From contig CBDFJF010000002.1 of NCBI GenBank assembly GCA_965248265.1, positions 1,792,001 through 1,856,000 on the forward strand: a stretch of 64,000 nt of DNA, in the 5' to 3' direction. Shown here in pieces: positions 42,901 through 52,418 of this stretch; the stretch's first letter is position 1; every line of letters begins with the position of its first letter. The notes under the pieces were generated by a model. The model ran no database searches. It saw only the letters and a program-made list of their open reading frames with translations, and was not told where the DNA came from. The stretch is from Candidatus Latescibacterota bacterium (GTDB taxonomy: Bacteria; Latescibacterota; UBA2968; UBA8231). The position numbers and the translations under genes were made by a program.

Positions 42901-43267
42901 CTCGGTCTTCACCCGCCGTGAGGATCCGGATCGTCTGTGGCCACGTCACGCCCGCCCTACCGGCCGCCGTATGGAACGAAACACCTCGTATCGGCTGCAC
43001 CGTACCCAGGTCCAGCGTCACGATCACGGGACTCTTGTCCTGCCAGCCGACGGTCGACAGCTTTCCCCAGAGACTCTCCTGCGTGTCGAGCTGTACCCCG
43101 TCCGTCAGTTGCTCGTAATCAGCGGCGTCCGTGCTCGACCCGTAATTCGGCGCCGGCTCCAGCGTGTAGCTCGCCCCGAGGGCGATGTTGGCGCCACGGT
43201 CCGCGGTGTCCTGCGACCACGCCACTGCGACCATCAGCCCTACTACCGCTGCCGATGTCTGTCTCAT
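39974..43267 (-). CDS. Secreted protein: tandem discoidin-like domains, putative hydrolase (DUF4091-like), and T9SS-CTD/FlgD-like tail
   Basis: MRQTSAAVVGLMVAVAWS signal; LVDEP; EAAREGVQDYEY; LEQSFPNPFNPTTTIRF..ASGVYMYRL..FLLLK. Confidence 0.8.
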   Translation of the reverse strand: MRQTSAAVVGLMVAVAWSQDTADRGANIALGASYTLEPAPNYGSSTDAADYEQLTDGVQLDTQESLWGKLSTVGWQDKSPVIVTLDLGTVQPIRGVSFHTAAGRAGVTWPQTIRILTAGEDREFHEIGDLVELSEERSPTPSPTEYGVHRFVTDQLRTHGRYVGLVVWNEPFTFVDEIEVYLGEGEEWLDEPLPGPAFADLREYVSRIDIEDPSENIAFGASYTLDPGPNYGLSSDAADYEQLTDGVQLDTQESLWGKLSTVGWQEKSPVIVTLDLGAVQPIRGVSFHTAAGRAGVSWPQQIRILIAGEDGQFHELGDLVELSAEHGTPPTTGYGVHRYVTDQLRTHGRYVGLVVWNEPFTFVDEIEVYVGEPEWLDEPLPGPAIADLRVYAGGIAIQNGIQTRLMRDIEVLRQTAGEEGIPVQIRTDVLGELSAVEADLGLATAFEDGFRAVLPLNSQHERVLRTQAWLWRARGLEPLTFWRSNLWDPLPLIGTPDTAGELAVEVHLMRKEHRAAAFNVSNSSDEPMQATFRLSGLPGGDNPEYITVHEVAWTDTRSGVAVAAALPEVVAESGLYTLSVPSGMTRQVWLTFHPVDVEPGTYEGEVVVASTPGGKRFPLFMHLYPLDFPEKQSLHFGGWDYTDRVGHFPFITEQNRSAIIEHLREHRVDSPWALKLALPRGTHDETGAMTAPPDTDYFDAWIELWPDAAQYMVFAKVGDQFESWPMGTPEFTTAVKAWVQFWAEHAVTRGVRPEQLALLLVDEPDEPWMDERILAWAIAIREANTGIRVWEDVTHEDMSQANQEMIDACHVLSPNYQAFLTRGEDYRDYFVDKREQGIGLEFYTAWTSRVYDPYAGRLMAWTSWRYGATAFYMWSLTDTGGASSWNEYLTLKDGYSPMFIDQVSVTAGKHLEAAREGVQDYEYFVMLDRAIREASAQGAAGPGVEEARRLLESLPTSVLESAGHGTNWLSEMDRTLADEARIRVLSELMALAAMTAVMEEPVTVPHEFRLEQSFPNPFNPTTTIRFSVPARGDVELAIYNLAGQQTRKLVSAVVDAGNHSVTWDGRGDHGRELASGVYMYRLQAGERVASRRFLLLK
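42120..43190 (-). repeat. Intragenic tandem duplication, period ~561-567 bp
   Basis: NIA.GASYTL.P.PNYG...DAADYEQLTDGVQLDTQESLWGKLSTVGWQ...WLDEPLPGPA occurs twice. Confidence 0.92.
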
Positions 43268-43434
43268 CGCTTGGCTCTCGCTGTCGAATGAGTGCTTGTG
43301 TTCAATCGTCGGTAAGTCCTTCTTTGATCGCCAAATGAATATGAATTGCGGCTTCAGGGAGTGCCACCGGGACTGTTGCGCCAAGCGGTTGGGAGGTGTG
43401 CGGTAGCTGGGAGCACGATCTCGAAAGGGAAGTC

Positions 43435-44718
43435 ATGACGGCGAAACGGTATGTGTTGGTGGGTACGGGTGCGCGCGGACTAGCGATGTATGCAAGGCCG
43501 CTGATGGCGGATTTTCCGGATACGGCCGCCTTGGTTGGACTCTGCGACCACAATGGACTGCGGCTCGAGGCGGCCAACCAGATGCTGGGAACTGACCTGC
43601 CGCAATTCACCGATGTTCAGGAGGCGCTCGCCGCGCTCGATCCGGACGGGGTCATCGTCTGCACCCAGGACCACACCCACGCCGAGTTCATCGTCCAGGC
43701 GCTGGAGGCGGGCAAGCGCGTCTACTGCGAGAAGCCGCTGTGTACGACGGCCGAGCAGTGCCGGCGGATCGTGGACGCTGCCGCTCGGTCTCCCGGCGAG
43801 GTCTTCGTCACCCACAACCTGCGCTACGGTCCGGTCGCGCAGAAGCTCAAGGAGCTGGTGGATGGCGGCAGGATCGGCCGCCCGCTCTCATTGGAGTTCA
43901 ACGAATTTCTCGACCGCAATCACGGGGCGGACTACTTCCGCCGTTGGCACCGGAGAAAGGAAAGCAGTGGCGGTCTGCTGATCCACAAGGCCAGTCACCA
44001 CTTCGACGCGATGAACTGGCTGGTGGAAAGCCGGCCCGAGGTGTTGACGGCAATGGGCAGCCTTTTGTTCTACGGCCGCAACGGAGACATGCGTGGTGAT
44101 CGCTGCTTGGATTGTACCCACGCGTCCGAGTGCGACTTCCACATCGATCTCGGCGCCGACGAGCGCGCCCGCGCCCTATATCTGGAGACTGAAGCGGACG
44201 ATGGCTACCATCGCGACGGATGTGTTTTCGATCAACACATCGACATCGAGGATACCGCATCGGTGTCGTACTCGTATGAGAACGGCGTGCGGGTCAATTA
44301 TTCGCTGTTGGCCTACGCTTCCTATCAGAGTATGGCGCTGGTGCTGGAAGGAACCGAGGGGCGGCTGGAGTACCGGGCTGTGGTGAATACGAGCTTTGTA
44401 ATAGGCCATCGCCCGGTGGCGGGCATGGAGGCATTGGAGGGCGAAACCCTCTGCTACTACCATCCGCGCAAGGGGCATGAAGTATTGGAGGTCCCCCGCC
44501 AGGAAGGCAGCCACGGCGGCGCCGACCCGGCGCTCAGGGCTGATTTATTCGCCCAACCCTGGGACGCGGGAGGCAACGACCGAATGGCCACGCTGGACGA
44601 AGCCGTTCAGGCCGTCCTCGTCGGGGCGGCAGCCAACACCAGTATCGCCAGGGGCGGCTCACCGGTGCGCGTGCAGGAGCTGCTCACCGGAGGCGAGGAC
44701 GCGGAACAGGTGCGGTAG
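43435..44718 (+). CDS. Gfo/Idh/MocA oxidoreductase
   Basis: VLVGTGARG, CEKPL, HGADYFRRWHR..SGGLLIHKASHHFD, HGGAD. Confidence 0.92.
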   Translation: MTAKRYVLVGTGARGLAMYARPLMADFPDTAALVGLCDHNGLRLEAANQMLGTDLPQFTDVQEALAALDPDGVIVCTQDHTHAEFIVQALEAGKRVYCEKPLCTTAEQCRRIVDAAARSPGEVFVTHNLRYGPVAQKLKELVDGGRIGRPLSLEFNEFLDRNHGADYFRRWHRRKESSGGLLIHKASHHFDAMNWLVESRPEVLTAMGSLLFYGRNGDMRGDRCLDCTHASECDFHIDLGADERARALYLETEADDGYHRDGCVFDQHIDIEDTASVSYSYENGVRVNYSLLAYASYQSMALVLEGTEGRLEYRAVVNTSFVIGHRPVAGMEALEGETLCYYHPRKGHEVLEVPRQEGSHGGADPALRADLFAQPWDAGGNDRMATLDEAVQAVLVGAAANTSIARGGSPVRVQELLTGGEDAEQVR

Positions 44719-44759
44719 CCTGGCGTCAGCTGACGACCGCAATGCCCCTGGTCCACGGG

Positions 44760-44887
44760 CGGTAGACGATCACCGCCCAGGTTCTCACTCTACGGCCAGT
44801 CATTCGACTCAAATAGCGTCTCAGTTGACGGGCGGCAAACTGAACCGGCCTGTCCTTGCCCAGGCGGTAGACGGTCAGCGCGCTCAC
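44760..44887 (-). pseudogene. N-terminal stub of a DUF4838/alpha-glucuronidase-N-like protein
   Basis: VQFAARQLRRYLSRMTG motif. Confidence 0.5.
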
Positions 44888-44989
44888 TTGAGGTATACCA
44901 GCAGTATCACATGATCCATATCGGCAGGATATACGGTTTGTCGTGCCAGATCGTGTGTCCTATTCGATACACGCCCGGCTGCTCCAGCA

Positions 44990-45115
44990 CACAACCTGCA
45001 AACAGGAAAGGGGAGTGCGACAGAGACAGGCGCAAGTGGATCGCGAGTTGCTCATGAGCCGGCACTATGCTGGCCGCCGCCATCCGCACACCCGCCTATC
45101 GCCGCCGCCAACCGG
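44990..45115 (+). mobile_element. IS91/ISCR relic B, 5' part
   Basis: Near-identical to 50307-50432. Confidence 0.88.
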
Positions 45116-45286
45116 TCGGATCCTTGTTCTTGTGCATGAAGCGGACCAGGAGGGATGGTAACATCGGTATTTTGACGGCACCAACCCCGTTCAAGCGCTA
45201 TTCGACCGACGGGCCTCCTCCGGGATAGTCCACGGACGACCTGCGGAGGGCGCAGAGCATGGATTATCTGGCTCCGGCTGAAACCA

Positions 45287-45706
45287 TGCCAGTTGCTGGC
45301 GCGCGTGTTTTCGATTGACGTTTCAGAATGCCCCGACTGCGGGGGGCAGATGAAAATAGTTGCTGCCCTGACGGACCCTTCCTCGATTCGGTCTTACCTC
45401 GAGGGCGTCGGCCTGCCGGCGCGACCGCCACCTATCGCACCGGCACGACCTTCGCCCCAGCACGAGCTCGAATTCGCGGCCTGACAGACGCATCAGACGG
45501 TTCGGTATATCTGAATCGCGCTCAGTATCTAAAATTCGCAGCAAACAGATCGATCGACAGCCGCCACTACTCCACCTGCCCGAGCTCAGCAACCGTTCTT
45601 AGCGCCATACCCCCACGACACACCACGAAAACGCGGTTCTTGACTGATTGACGGCGATCGACCACGACGACTTGACCATCGATAACGCTACTTATTTATC
45701 CTATAC
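45287..45706 (+). mobile_element. IS91/ISCR relic B, 3' part plus putative ori end
   Basis: CQLLARVFSIDVSECPDCGGQMKIVAALTDP...ELEFAA*; ends ...TTATCCTATAC. Confidence 0.82.
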
Positions 45707-45816
45707 TCCGTGCCATGATCCAGGCCGTCTATGGCGCGCAAAACGGGTGATCCAGGTTGGCCGCATATCAAGCGACCCATTTCCAGACCTCACGAAAAAT
45801 TTCGCGTGCAATGGTA

Positions 45817-46992
45817 TCACGAAGCAGAGGCGCATGGAGCAACCTGATCGTCCCCGTAGAACCAATCCACGGGTGAAACCCGGAGCCTCATTACATCGTG
45901 CACCTTCTCTCTAACTCCATCGATGATCTTGTACACTCGATGAACATAGACAAGGTAGGCGTTGTTTTGGATAAACTGGACGCGTGGCGCCCTGTTCATG
46001 TGAAATTCATCGGCACGCATCGTATCCACGTCCGCGGGACCTGGCGAGCCGATATGGCCGGGTGGGTCCAGGTTGACAATGCGCGAGATTCGCTCCTGTC
46101 CTGGCGACATCACGACGGTGCGGAACCGCTCCCACGTCTCGCCGCTATCTCTCGAAATAGCCGACGTAATGCGAGACCGATAGTAGCCTCCCTTGATCTC
46201 ATCAGGAGTCGCCTGATTCCATAGACACAACAGATCGCCCGTCGACGGCACGCGCGCCAGGTATATTTCTGAGTTGCTGTTCACTAAATCGTTCAGATGT
46301 ACGTGGCTCCAGGTGCGCCCGTCATCCGTGCTGTAGCTTTGGGCGATGCGTTGGTAATGAGTGCGCATGAACATGAGCAGCCGACCGTCTGTCGTCTCGG
46401 CCACGACAGGGACTTCGCAGTTACCCTGCCGCGCTCCGCCCTCGTCCCACACCCACAGGCTGTCGCGGGACTCGCTCCAGGAATCGCCCTCATCGTCCGA
46501 GTAAAAAGCGCTGCAGATGCCTATACCTACGTGCTGGCCGTTACCCGGCTGGGCGAACCAGTACTCGTTCGGCAGCACGAGTGTCCCGTCGCTGGTCTGT
46601 GCGAGCCAGGTGGCGTTGGTAGGCACATCGGACGGAGTAATGGGAACGGGTTCGGACCAAGTCTCGCCCTCGTTGAGAGATTTGCTGAAGAAGGCGTCGA
46701 GCCGCGTAAGAATACCGGTCGACCCTGGCTGCTGGACCTCGAACTTCAGGCCAATCGCTCCTGAATTCAGACGAACGAGATTCATGATGTACGCCCGCCT
46801 GGGCTCATCGCCCGCGATCGGCCTGCCCCCATGACCGACAAGCCTACCCGCGTCCTGCCACGTCCGTCCGCCATCGGACGACTCCATCTTTGTGATAGAC
46901 CGCCGGTCCAGGCCAAGGAGTCGCCCGTCGCTCAGCCCGATGGGCTCAACAAAGCTCGAAGCCAGGTCAACTTCGAACATCGATTCGGACAT
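45817..46992 (-). CDS. Sialidase-like BNR/Asp-box propeller protein
   Basis: Asp-boxes SSDGGRTW, SLNEGETW, SDDEGDSW, STDDGRTW, SRDSGETW; start MSESM after GGAGG. Confidence 0.85.
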   Translation of the reverse strand: MSESMFEVDLASSFVEPIGLSDGRLLGLDRRSITKMESSDGGRTWQDAGRLVGHGGRPIAGDEPRRAYIMNLVRLNSGAIGLKFEVQQPGSTGILTRLDAFFSKSLNEGETWSEPVPITPSDVPTNATWLAQTSDGTLVLPNEYWFAQPGNGQHVGIGICSAFYSDDEGDSWSESRDSLWVWDEGGARQGNCEVPVVAETTDGRLLMFMRTHYQRIAQSYSTDDGRTWSHVHLNDLVNSNSEIYLARVPSTGDLLCLWNQATPDEIKGGYYRSRITSAISRDSGETWERFRTVVMSPGQERISRIVNLDPPGHIGSPGPADVDTMRADEFHMNRAPRVQFIQNNAYLVYVHRVYKIIDGVREKVHDVMRLRVSPVDWFYGDDQVAPCASAS

Positions 46993-47011
46993 AGGATCCT
47001 CCAAGCGCTTA

Positions 47012-47352
47012 GTGAGGATAAGATAGGTTATCGTTACTAAGTCAGGCGGCGTTTTTTGCAATTTGCCGCATTTTGCCAGCATTGATGGCGGTTCTTTGTG
47101 GGGTGACGGTCGATCGACGAAAGCTGAGGCTTCGAACAGTGTCCTCGGAGCCGCTCTGAGCGAAACGGGCGTTTTCAGCGACAGATCAGGGCACAGCGGT
47201 GACGTTGCTGTGACCGCGAATCGATTTCAGGCGGCGAAATCCAGTTCAGGTTGGGGGTGGGGGCGTGCGGGTGCGATCGGCGGTGCCCGTGATGGCAGGC
47301 CGACGCCTTCCAGGTAGCGCGCAATGGAGCGGGGCTCGGTAAGGGCCGCAAC
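47012..47352 (-). mobile_element. IS91/ISCR relic C (3' piece plus degenerate ori end)
   Basis: VAALTEPRSIARYLEGVGLPSRAPPIAPARPHPQPELDFAA*; end GATAACCTATCTTATCCTCAC. Confidence 0.75.
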
Positions 47353-47453
47353 TCCCTGCTCACAGCTGTTCACCGCGCGGCACCATTCCCAGCCTCAAGG
47401 TTCATCATCATGATCCACTGTTTACCCAGGTCTATCAACGGCAGATCGATCGC

Positions 47454-47610
47454 GGTAAGCACCACCTCGTTGCGCTCACCCACGTCGCCAACAAGATGCT
47501 CCACGTCGTTTTCTCTGTGATGAAAAACAACCGACCTTACACACCTATCCTCAACTGACCGGAGACCCGATATTTGCCCACGATTGGTGTTGACATGTTA
47601 CCGCTTGTCT
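47454..47610 (+). mobile_element. IS110-family transposase C-terminal stub and right end
   Basis: GKHHLVALTHVANKMLHVVFSVMKNNRPY*; followed by TTGACA...TTGTCT. Confidence 0.6.
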
Positions 47611-47638
47611 ATGCTCACCGCTTATTAAGGAATACCCC

Positions 47639-49230
47639 GTGACCCAGCTCAAAGACGTCAACACCACCGACATCCGCGACGCCATCCGTCTCGGCTGCCA
47701 GAACATGTGCAAATCGTTGAATGCGGACGACGGGGACATTCCCTACGGGAGCGCGAGAGTCCGGCCCGAGGCTGGCCTAGGTGGCAGCTCCGAGGCCCAC
47801 TCGCCTGGCCGCCACCTGAATGCCGTGCTGAACGCCGAGGACGCCGCCGGTATCGAGCTGGACGAGGACTGCATAGACAAACAGGCCAACGCAGCCTTCT
47901 TCTCCTACTCTCGGGCCGCGCTGCCCCTCACCGCGTTGGCGACCGGATCAACGGCGAGGGCACCCCGGTCGAGCTGCAAGACCACGACCTGCGTGAGGGG
48001 TTCCACGCCCTCTACTCGCTGACCAAGTATCGCGGCTCCGATCGGGCGCGGGAGCTGGCGGAAGCGAGCATACAGGTGATCTTCGACTACTGGGTCCCCA
48101 CCGAACAGTGGGAGATGGAGCGCATCGAAAGGGACCTGCCAGTCAAGATCATGCGTGAGGGGTACTGGACCTACATACAGCGTCTGGCGCGCTCTATAGG
48201 GCCTCTGGTCAAGTTCTACCGGACGACTGGCCATGGGCCGGCACTTCAGCTAGCCGAGGTCCTCAAGGAGAAGGCGATACGGGAGTTCTTCACGGAGGAC
48301 GGCGCCTTTTCTACCGAGCTGTTCGGTACCCACGCCCACTCGACGACATGCGTGATGTCCTCCCTGGCACAGCTCGCCGACCTCACCCAAGACGCCAGCC
48401 TGTTGGACCGGGTCAAGGTCTTTTACGACAACGGCCTCTGGGACATGCGCGACCAGATCGGCTGGTCCGTCGAGGGAACCTACCCTGTGGGGGAAAACTG
48501 TGGCCGCGGCGAGGCGAACAACACAGGTGACATCGTGGAGACCGCGCTCATTCTCGGCCGCTGGGGTTATACCGACTACTACGCGGACGCGGAGCGGATT
48601 CTCCGAAGCCACCTACTGCCGTCCCAGCTAAGGGACGTCTCGTTCATTGTCGAGCCCGACAACCCTGATGGCGTGGACGGCAAGAAGAATGTCGCTCATC
48701 GCCTGCAGGGTGCCTTTGGCTTTCCAGCCCAATACGGCCACGAGCCGGCGGGTATCTGGGAGTCTGACAAGCCGCGCATCGGCTTCAACCTCGACATCGT
48801 GGGCGGCTCGGTGGCCTCGCTGTGCGAGGCCTATCGCGAGGTCGTTCGGTTCGACGAGACGGGCCATTGGGTCAATATGCTATTCGACCACGAAACCCCG
48901 GACATCGTCGTCCAGTCGCCCTACACCCACGACCGGCTGGCGGTGAAGGTGAAGCGGCCAGGGCCGCTGCACGTGCGCATGCCGCCGTGGATCGAGCTGA
49001 AGCAGTTCAACATCGCGGGACCCGTCGGCATCCCCAGGTCCGCCAACGGCTACATGGTCTTCTCGGACCCCGGCGTGAACCGGTGGATCACCTTCGACTT
49101 CCAGCCGCCCGAATACGACCTGACGCTGACGTGGAGAGATACCGAGACTCGCGCCCGCCTCAAAGGTGACGAGGTCATCGCAATGGAGAACTTCGGTACC
49201 GACCTGACCTTCTTCGACCCGATCGACTAG
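47639..49230 (+). CDS. GH127-like (alpha/alpha)6 protein, split by a 1-nt deletion near 47930
   Basis: N-part HSPGRHLNAVLNAE...ALPL joins (N)RVGDRI...; HAHS, GEANNTGDIVE, AERILRSHLL. Confidence 0.65.
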
Positions 49231-49248
49231 GGTCAGGACAGCGACGCC

Positions 49249-49420
49249 CTAGCTCATCCCCTCGACCCAGTGACGGAAGAGGGGCTTGACGTCCTCTGGG
49301 AACGCGTTGAAGACGTCGCGGGGCACGGGCATCTGCATGTTACGTTCCTTCGTCCCGTCTTCAGCCGTCATGTACTCTCGCTCCGGCCGACCAGGCAGCT
49401 GGAGACCGTCAGTCGTCGGG
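49249..49420 (-). pseudogene. C-terminal stub of an unidentified gene
   Basis: ...VPRDVFNAFPEDVKPLFRHWVEGMS*; coding-like, no credible start. Confidence 0.4.
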
Positions 49421-49454
49421 AATGCTGAAAATTGAGCGCTCAAATATGCGCGTC

Positions 49455-49490
49455 GCTGATTATTCAGCTGATTATTCAGCTGATTACTCA
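49455..49490. repeat. 3 x 12-bp tandem repeat GCTGATTA(T/C)TCA
   Basis: Read directly; 18 bp upstream of ATG 49509. Confidence 0.9.
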
Positions 49491-49508
49491 TCTGGGAAAT
49501 ATCTCGTC

Positions 49509-50237
49509 ATGGACGCAGAAAGCGATGTTTTCGACCTTCTGACCATGCACACCAGCAAAATCCTCGAGGCAGATCATTTCCAATACCACTGTCTGGACCC
49601 GGATGGTGGACGGACTTCAGCAGTCAGCTTCCAGACCGTGTGCCCGGATTACCACATCCTGGACCGGCTCGGCATCGTGTCCGTCCCGTTCGAAACCGGA
49701 TTGCGCTGCACCGGTCTGGCTGTGCTGGCCTGGACTACCGCCTACTACGATGCGATGCGCGCGTCCTACCCGGACGGTTTCTTCAACTACCCGCAGCACT
49801 ATCTCTTCTACACTGAATCGGAAACGCTCACCGACAAGGCCCTGGGAAGCTGGGGGCATCTGGACGTCTGGCCGGACTGCAAGCGAGTCGCTTCTCCGGA
49901 CTCGGTGAGCGGTATCGTTGAGAGGTTGTTCAACTACGAAATCAACCGCTTGCTGTGGCCCCACTCTCTTTGTGCGGTAGGGGGTCAGGCCTCACTGCCA
50001 AACCATGTGAAGCGCATGCTGAGTACCCGGTTGAAGGCCGTCTACCTCTACGACAGCGACTCACCCACATTCGAGATCCACGGTGCCGAACCGGCGATAC
50101 GATTGACGCGGGAAACGTTCGAGCAGGCCGGTCTGGACGGTAGCGACTCGTCAGAGCTGTCCGTCGAGGCCTACCAGCAGATCGACGTCGACCGCTTTCT
50201 CGAGACCTTCCTCGGTTCCGTCTTCGACCGATCCTGA
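49509..50237 (+). CDS. Hypothetical protein
   Basis: TTAYYD..FFNYPQHY..WGHLDVWPD..INRLLWP; no family recognised. Confidence 0.6.
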   Translation: MDAESDVFDLLTMHTSKILEADHFQYHCLDPDGGRTSAVSFQTVCPDYHILDRLGIVSVPFETGLRCTGLAVLAWTTAYYDAMRASYPDGFFNYPQHYLFYTESETLTDKALGSWGHLDVWPDCKRVASPDSVSGIVERLFNYEINRLLWPHSLCAVGGQASLPNHVKRMLSTRLKAVYLYDSDSPTFEIHGAEPAIRLTRETFEQAGLDGSDSSELSVEAYQQIDVDRFLETFLGSVFDRS

Positions 50238-50306
50238 CATCAGCACATCAGCATGTTCGCACGGCTGCAACAGTTCGGACGCTCCATCTTCGTCAAGCAG
50301 GTGTTG

Positions 50307-52057
50307 CACAACCTGCGAACAGGAAAGGGGAGTGCGACAGAGACAGGCGCAAGTGGATCGCGAGTTGCTCATGAGCCGGCACTATGCTGGCCGCCGCCAT
50401 CCGCACACCCGCCTATCGCCGCCGCCAACCGGAGAAGGAGCCCCTCTACCAGGTCCTCGCCGAGCATCTCGAGACCTTTCTGGAGCAAGCGCGCACATCC
50501 GAGCATCGGTTGCCGTTGCAGGTAGAACAGGAGATGCGGGCTTACCTGGAGTGCGGACTGCTCCCATACGGGTTCATGCGGGTACAGTGTGAGGGCTGTG
50601 GGCACGACCGGGTCGTCGCGTTCTCCTGCAAAAAGAGGGGATTCTGCACCTCGTGTGCCGGCCGGCGCATGGCGGACACGGCGGCTCGCCTGGTCGACCA
50701 CGTGCTGCCCCGTGCGCCGGTGCGGCAGTTCGTGCTCAGTTTCCCCTACGAGATTCGCTACCACCTGGCCTGGGACGGCGAACTGATCGCCGCTGTACTG
50801 AGGGTGTTCCAGCGCGTAGTCGGAGGTTGGTACCGGCGCCAGGCGCGGGCGCTGGGGCACAGCGACGGGCGCTGTGGCTCGGTCACCTTCGTGCAGCGAT
50901 TCGGGTCGTCTTTGAACGTCAACCCCCACATCCACGTGCTTTTTCTGGATGGGGTCTACGTCGACGGGGACGATGGGCCGGAGTTCATCGCCGCACCGAA
51001 ACTGATTGACGACGATGTCCAGCAGATTATCGAAACTACGGCCCACCGCCTCATCCGGCTATGCACAAAGCGCGGCCTGCTCGACGATTCCCAGGTCGAT
51101 ACCCTGGCCGACGAAGAGCCCGTGCTCGCCGCCATCACCGCCGCCTCAGTGCGCTGCGTCATCGCCACTGGCGAGCGTGCCGGACAGCGGCTTCGACGGG
51201 TGCTCCGGGACCCGGCCACCGGGGTGCGCACGGCGCCCCTGTGCTTCGCCTCGCGCGGATTCTCTCTGCACGCGGCCACGCGGATCGCGTCCGAGGATCG
51301 GCTTGGCCTCGAGAAATTGTGTCGCTATGTTGCTCGCCCGGCTCTGGCGGCGGGCCGATTGCGCATCCTCGACGACGGCCAGCTCGCCTTCACTCTCAAG
51401 ACGCCCTGGTCAAACGGCACTACCCGCCTGCTACTGTCCCCCCATGAACTGCTCGAAAAGCTGGCCGCCCTCGTACCGCCGCCACGGCTCAACCTGATCC
51501 GGTACCACGGGTGTTTGGCGCCCAACGCGCGAGACCGTGACCGGATCGTGCCCGGCGGCGACGACGAGCCCTCGATGACGGGCGAATCTGACTCACCACC
51601 GTGTCCTCACCGCCTGTCCTGGTGCCAACTCCTGGCGCGCGTTTTTTCCGTTGACGTTACAGAGTGCCCTGACTGCGGGGGCCGGATGAAGATAGTTGCC
51701 GCCTTGACGGACCCAACCTCGATCCGGACCTACCTGAAAGGTGTCGGCCTGCCGGCGCGGCCGCCTCCGATCGCGCCGGCACGACCCGCCCCACAGCCCG
51801 AGCTGGAAACGCTGCACACAGCGTCCGCCGCCTGAGCGGATGCGCCTGGCGTGTTCAGAACGGATCGCCACGCCCACACGGGCCGGTTTTGTGACCACGA
51901 ACGGACCGACAGGCCTCATCGACCCGTTGGCAGGCCCTGATCCACCCCAATCCATTCGCCCATCGCACCCGGCACCCAATCCACCGTTCACATTCCCTCT
52001 CGACACCATCCCGCCGCCAGCTAAACTAATCATAATGGTGCTTTATCGGTCCTATAC
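50307..52057 (+). mobile_element. IS91/ISCR-type rolling-circle element
   Basis: Left limit from homology with relic B (minimum extent); right end motif shared with the relics; no terminal inverted repeats seen. Confidence 0.8.
50384..51835 (+). CDS. HUH rolling-circle transposase (IS91/ISCR)
   Basis: Zn finger CEGCG..SCKKRGFCTSC, QRFGSSLNVNPHIH, GFSLHA, LCRYVARP, IRYHG.LAPN. Confidence 0.93.
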   Translation: MLAAAIRTPAYRRRQPEKEPLYQVLAEHLETFLEQARTSEHRLPLQVEQEMRAYLECGLLPYGFMRVQCEGCGHDRVVAFSCKKRGFCTSCAGRRMADTAARLVDHVLPRAPVRQFVLSFPYEIRYHLAWDGELIAAVLRVFQRVVGGWYRRQARALGHSDGRCGSVTFVQRFGSSLNVNPHIHVLFLDGVYVDGDDGPEFIAAPKLIDDDVQQIIETTAHRLIRLCTKRGLLDDSQVDTLADEEPVLAAITAASVRCVIATGERAGQRLRRVLRDPATGVRTAPLCFASRGFSLHAATRIASEDRLGLEKLCRYVARPALAAGRLRILDDGQLAFTLKTPWSNGTTRLLLSPHELLEKLAALVPPPRLNLIRYHGCLAPNARDRDRIVPGGDDEPSMTGESDSPPCPHRLSWCQLLARVFSVDVTECPDCGGRMKIVAALTDPTSIRTYLKGVGLPARPPPIAPARPAPQPELETLHTASAA

Positions 52058-52060
52058 GTA

Positions 52061-52252
52061 GAAGCCGCGCGAGGCAAAGCACAGCCGTCCCGTGCGTATT
52101 CCCGTAGCAGGATCCCGCAGTACCCGTCGCAATCGCTGACCGGCGCGCTCTCCGGTGGCGATGAGACCGCGCACGGAGGCTGAAGTGATTGCGGCCAGCA
52201 CGGGCTCCTGGTCGTTGAGGGGATCCGTTTGGGTGTTATCGAGCAGGCCGCG
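52061..52252 (-). mobile_element. IS91/ISCR relic D (diverged internal transposase piece, inverted)
   Basis: RGLLDNTQTDPLNDQEPVLAAITSASVRGLIATGERAGQRLRRVLRDPATG...CFASRGF. Confidence 0.85.
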
Positions 52253-52255
52253 ACA

Positions 52256-52363
52256 GAGCTGACGAAGTGGGAATGCTGGAGCCAGCGGCTCGGAGACACA
52301 CAGGTCGAGGACATCTTCCGGAACAACGCGGTGAGGTTGTTCAGGCCGTACCTTGGCTCTTGA
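52256..52363 (+). pseudogene. Amidohydrolase C-terminal stub
   Basis: EDIFRNNAVRLF...* motif. Confidence 0.5.
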
Positions 52364-52418
52364 CGCCAGGGAGGCAAACAGCGGTAGGTAGAGAAGAGAA
52401 ATTCAAAGGAGGTCCAAT

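Noticed and set aside
20893-43325. Recurring GTAAGT motif (near 20894, 31773 minus, 43312) as a recombination site
   Set aside because: Too short, with inconsistent second half-sites
47590-47615. IS110-made hybrid promoter for 47639
   Set aside because: TTGACA to TATGCT spacing is only 14 nt
49455-49490. CRISPR array
   Set aside because: 12-bp units with no spacers and no cas genes; no array seen anywhere in the window
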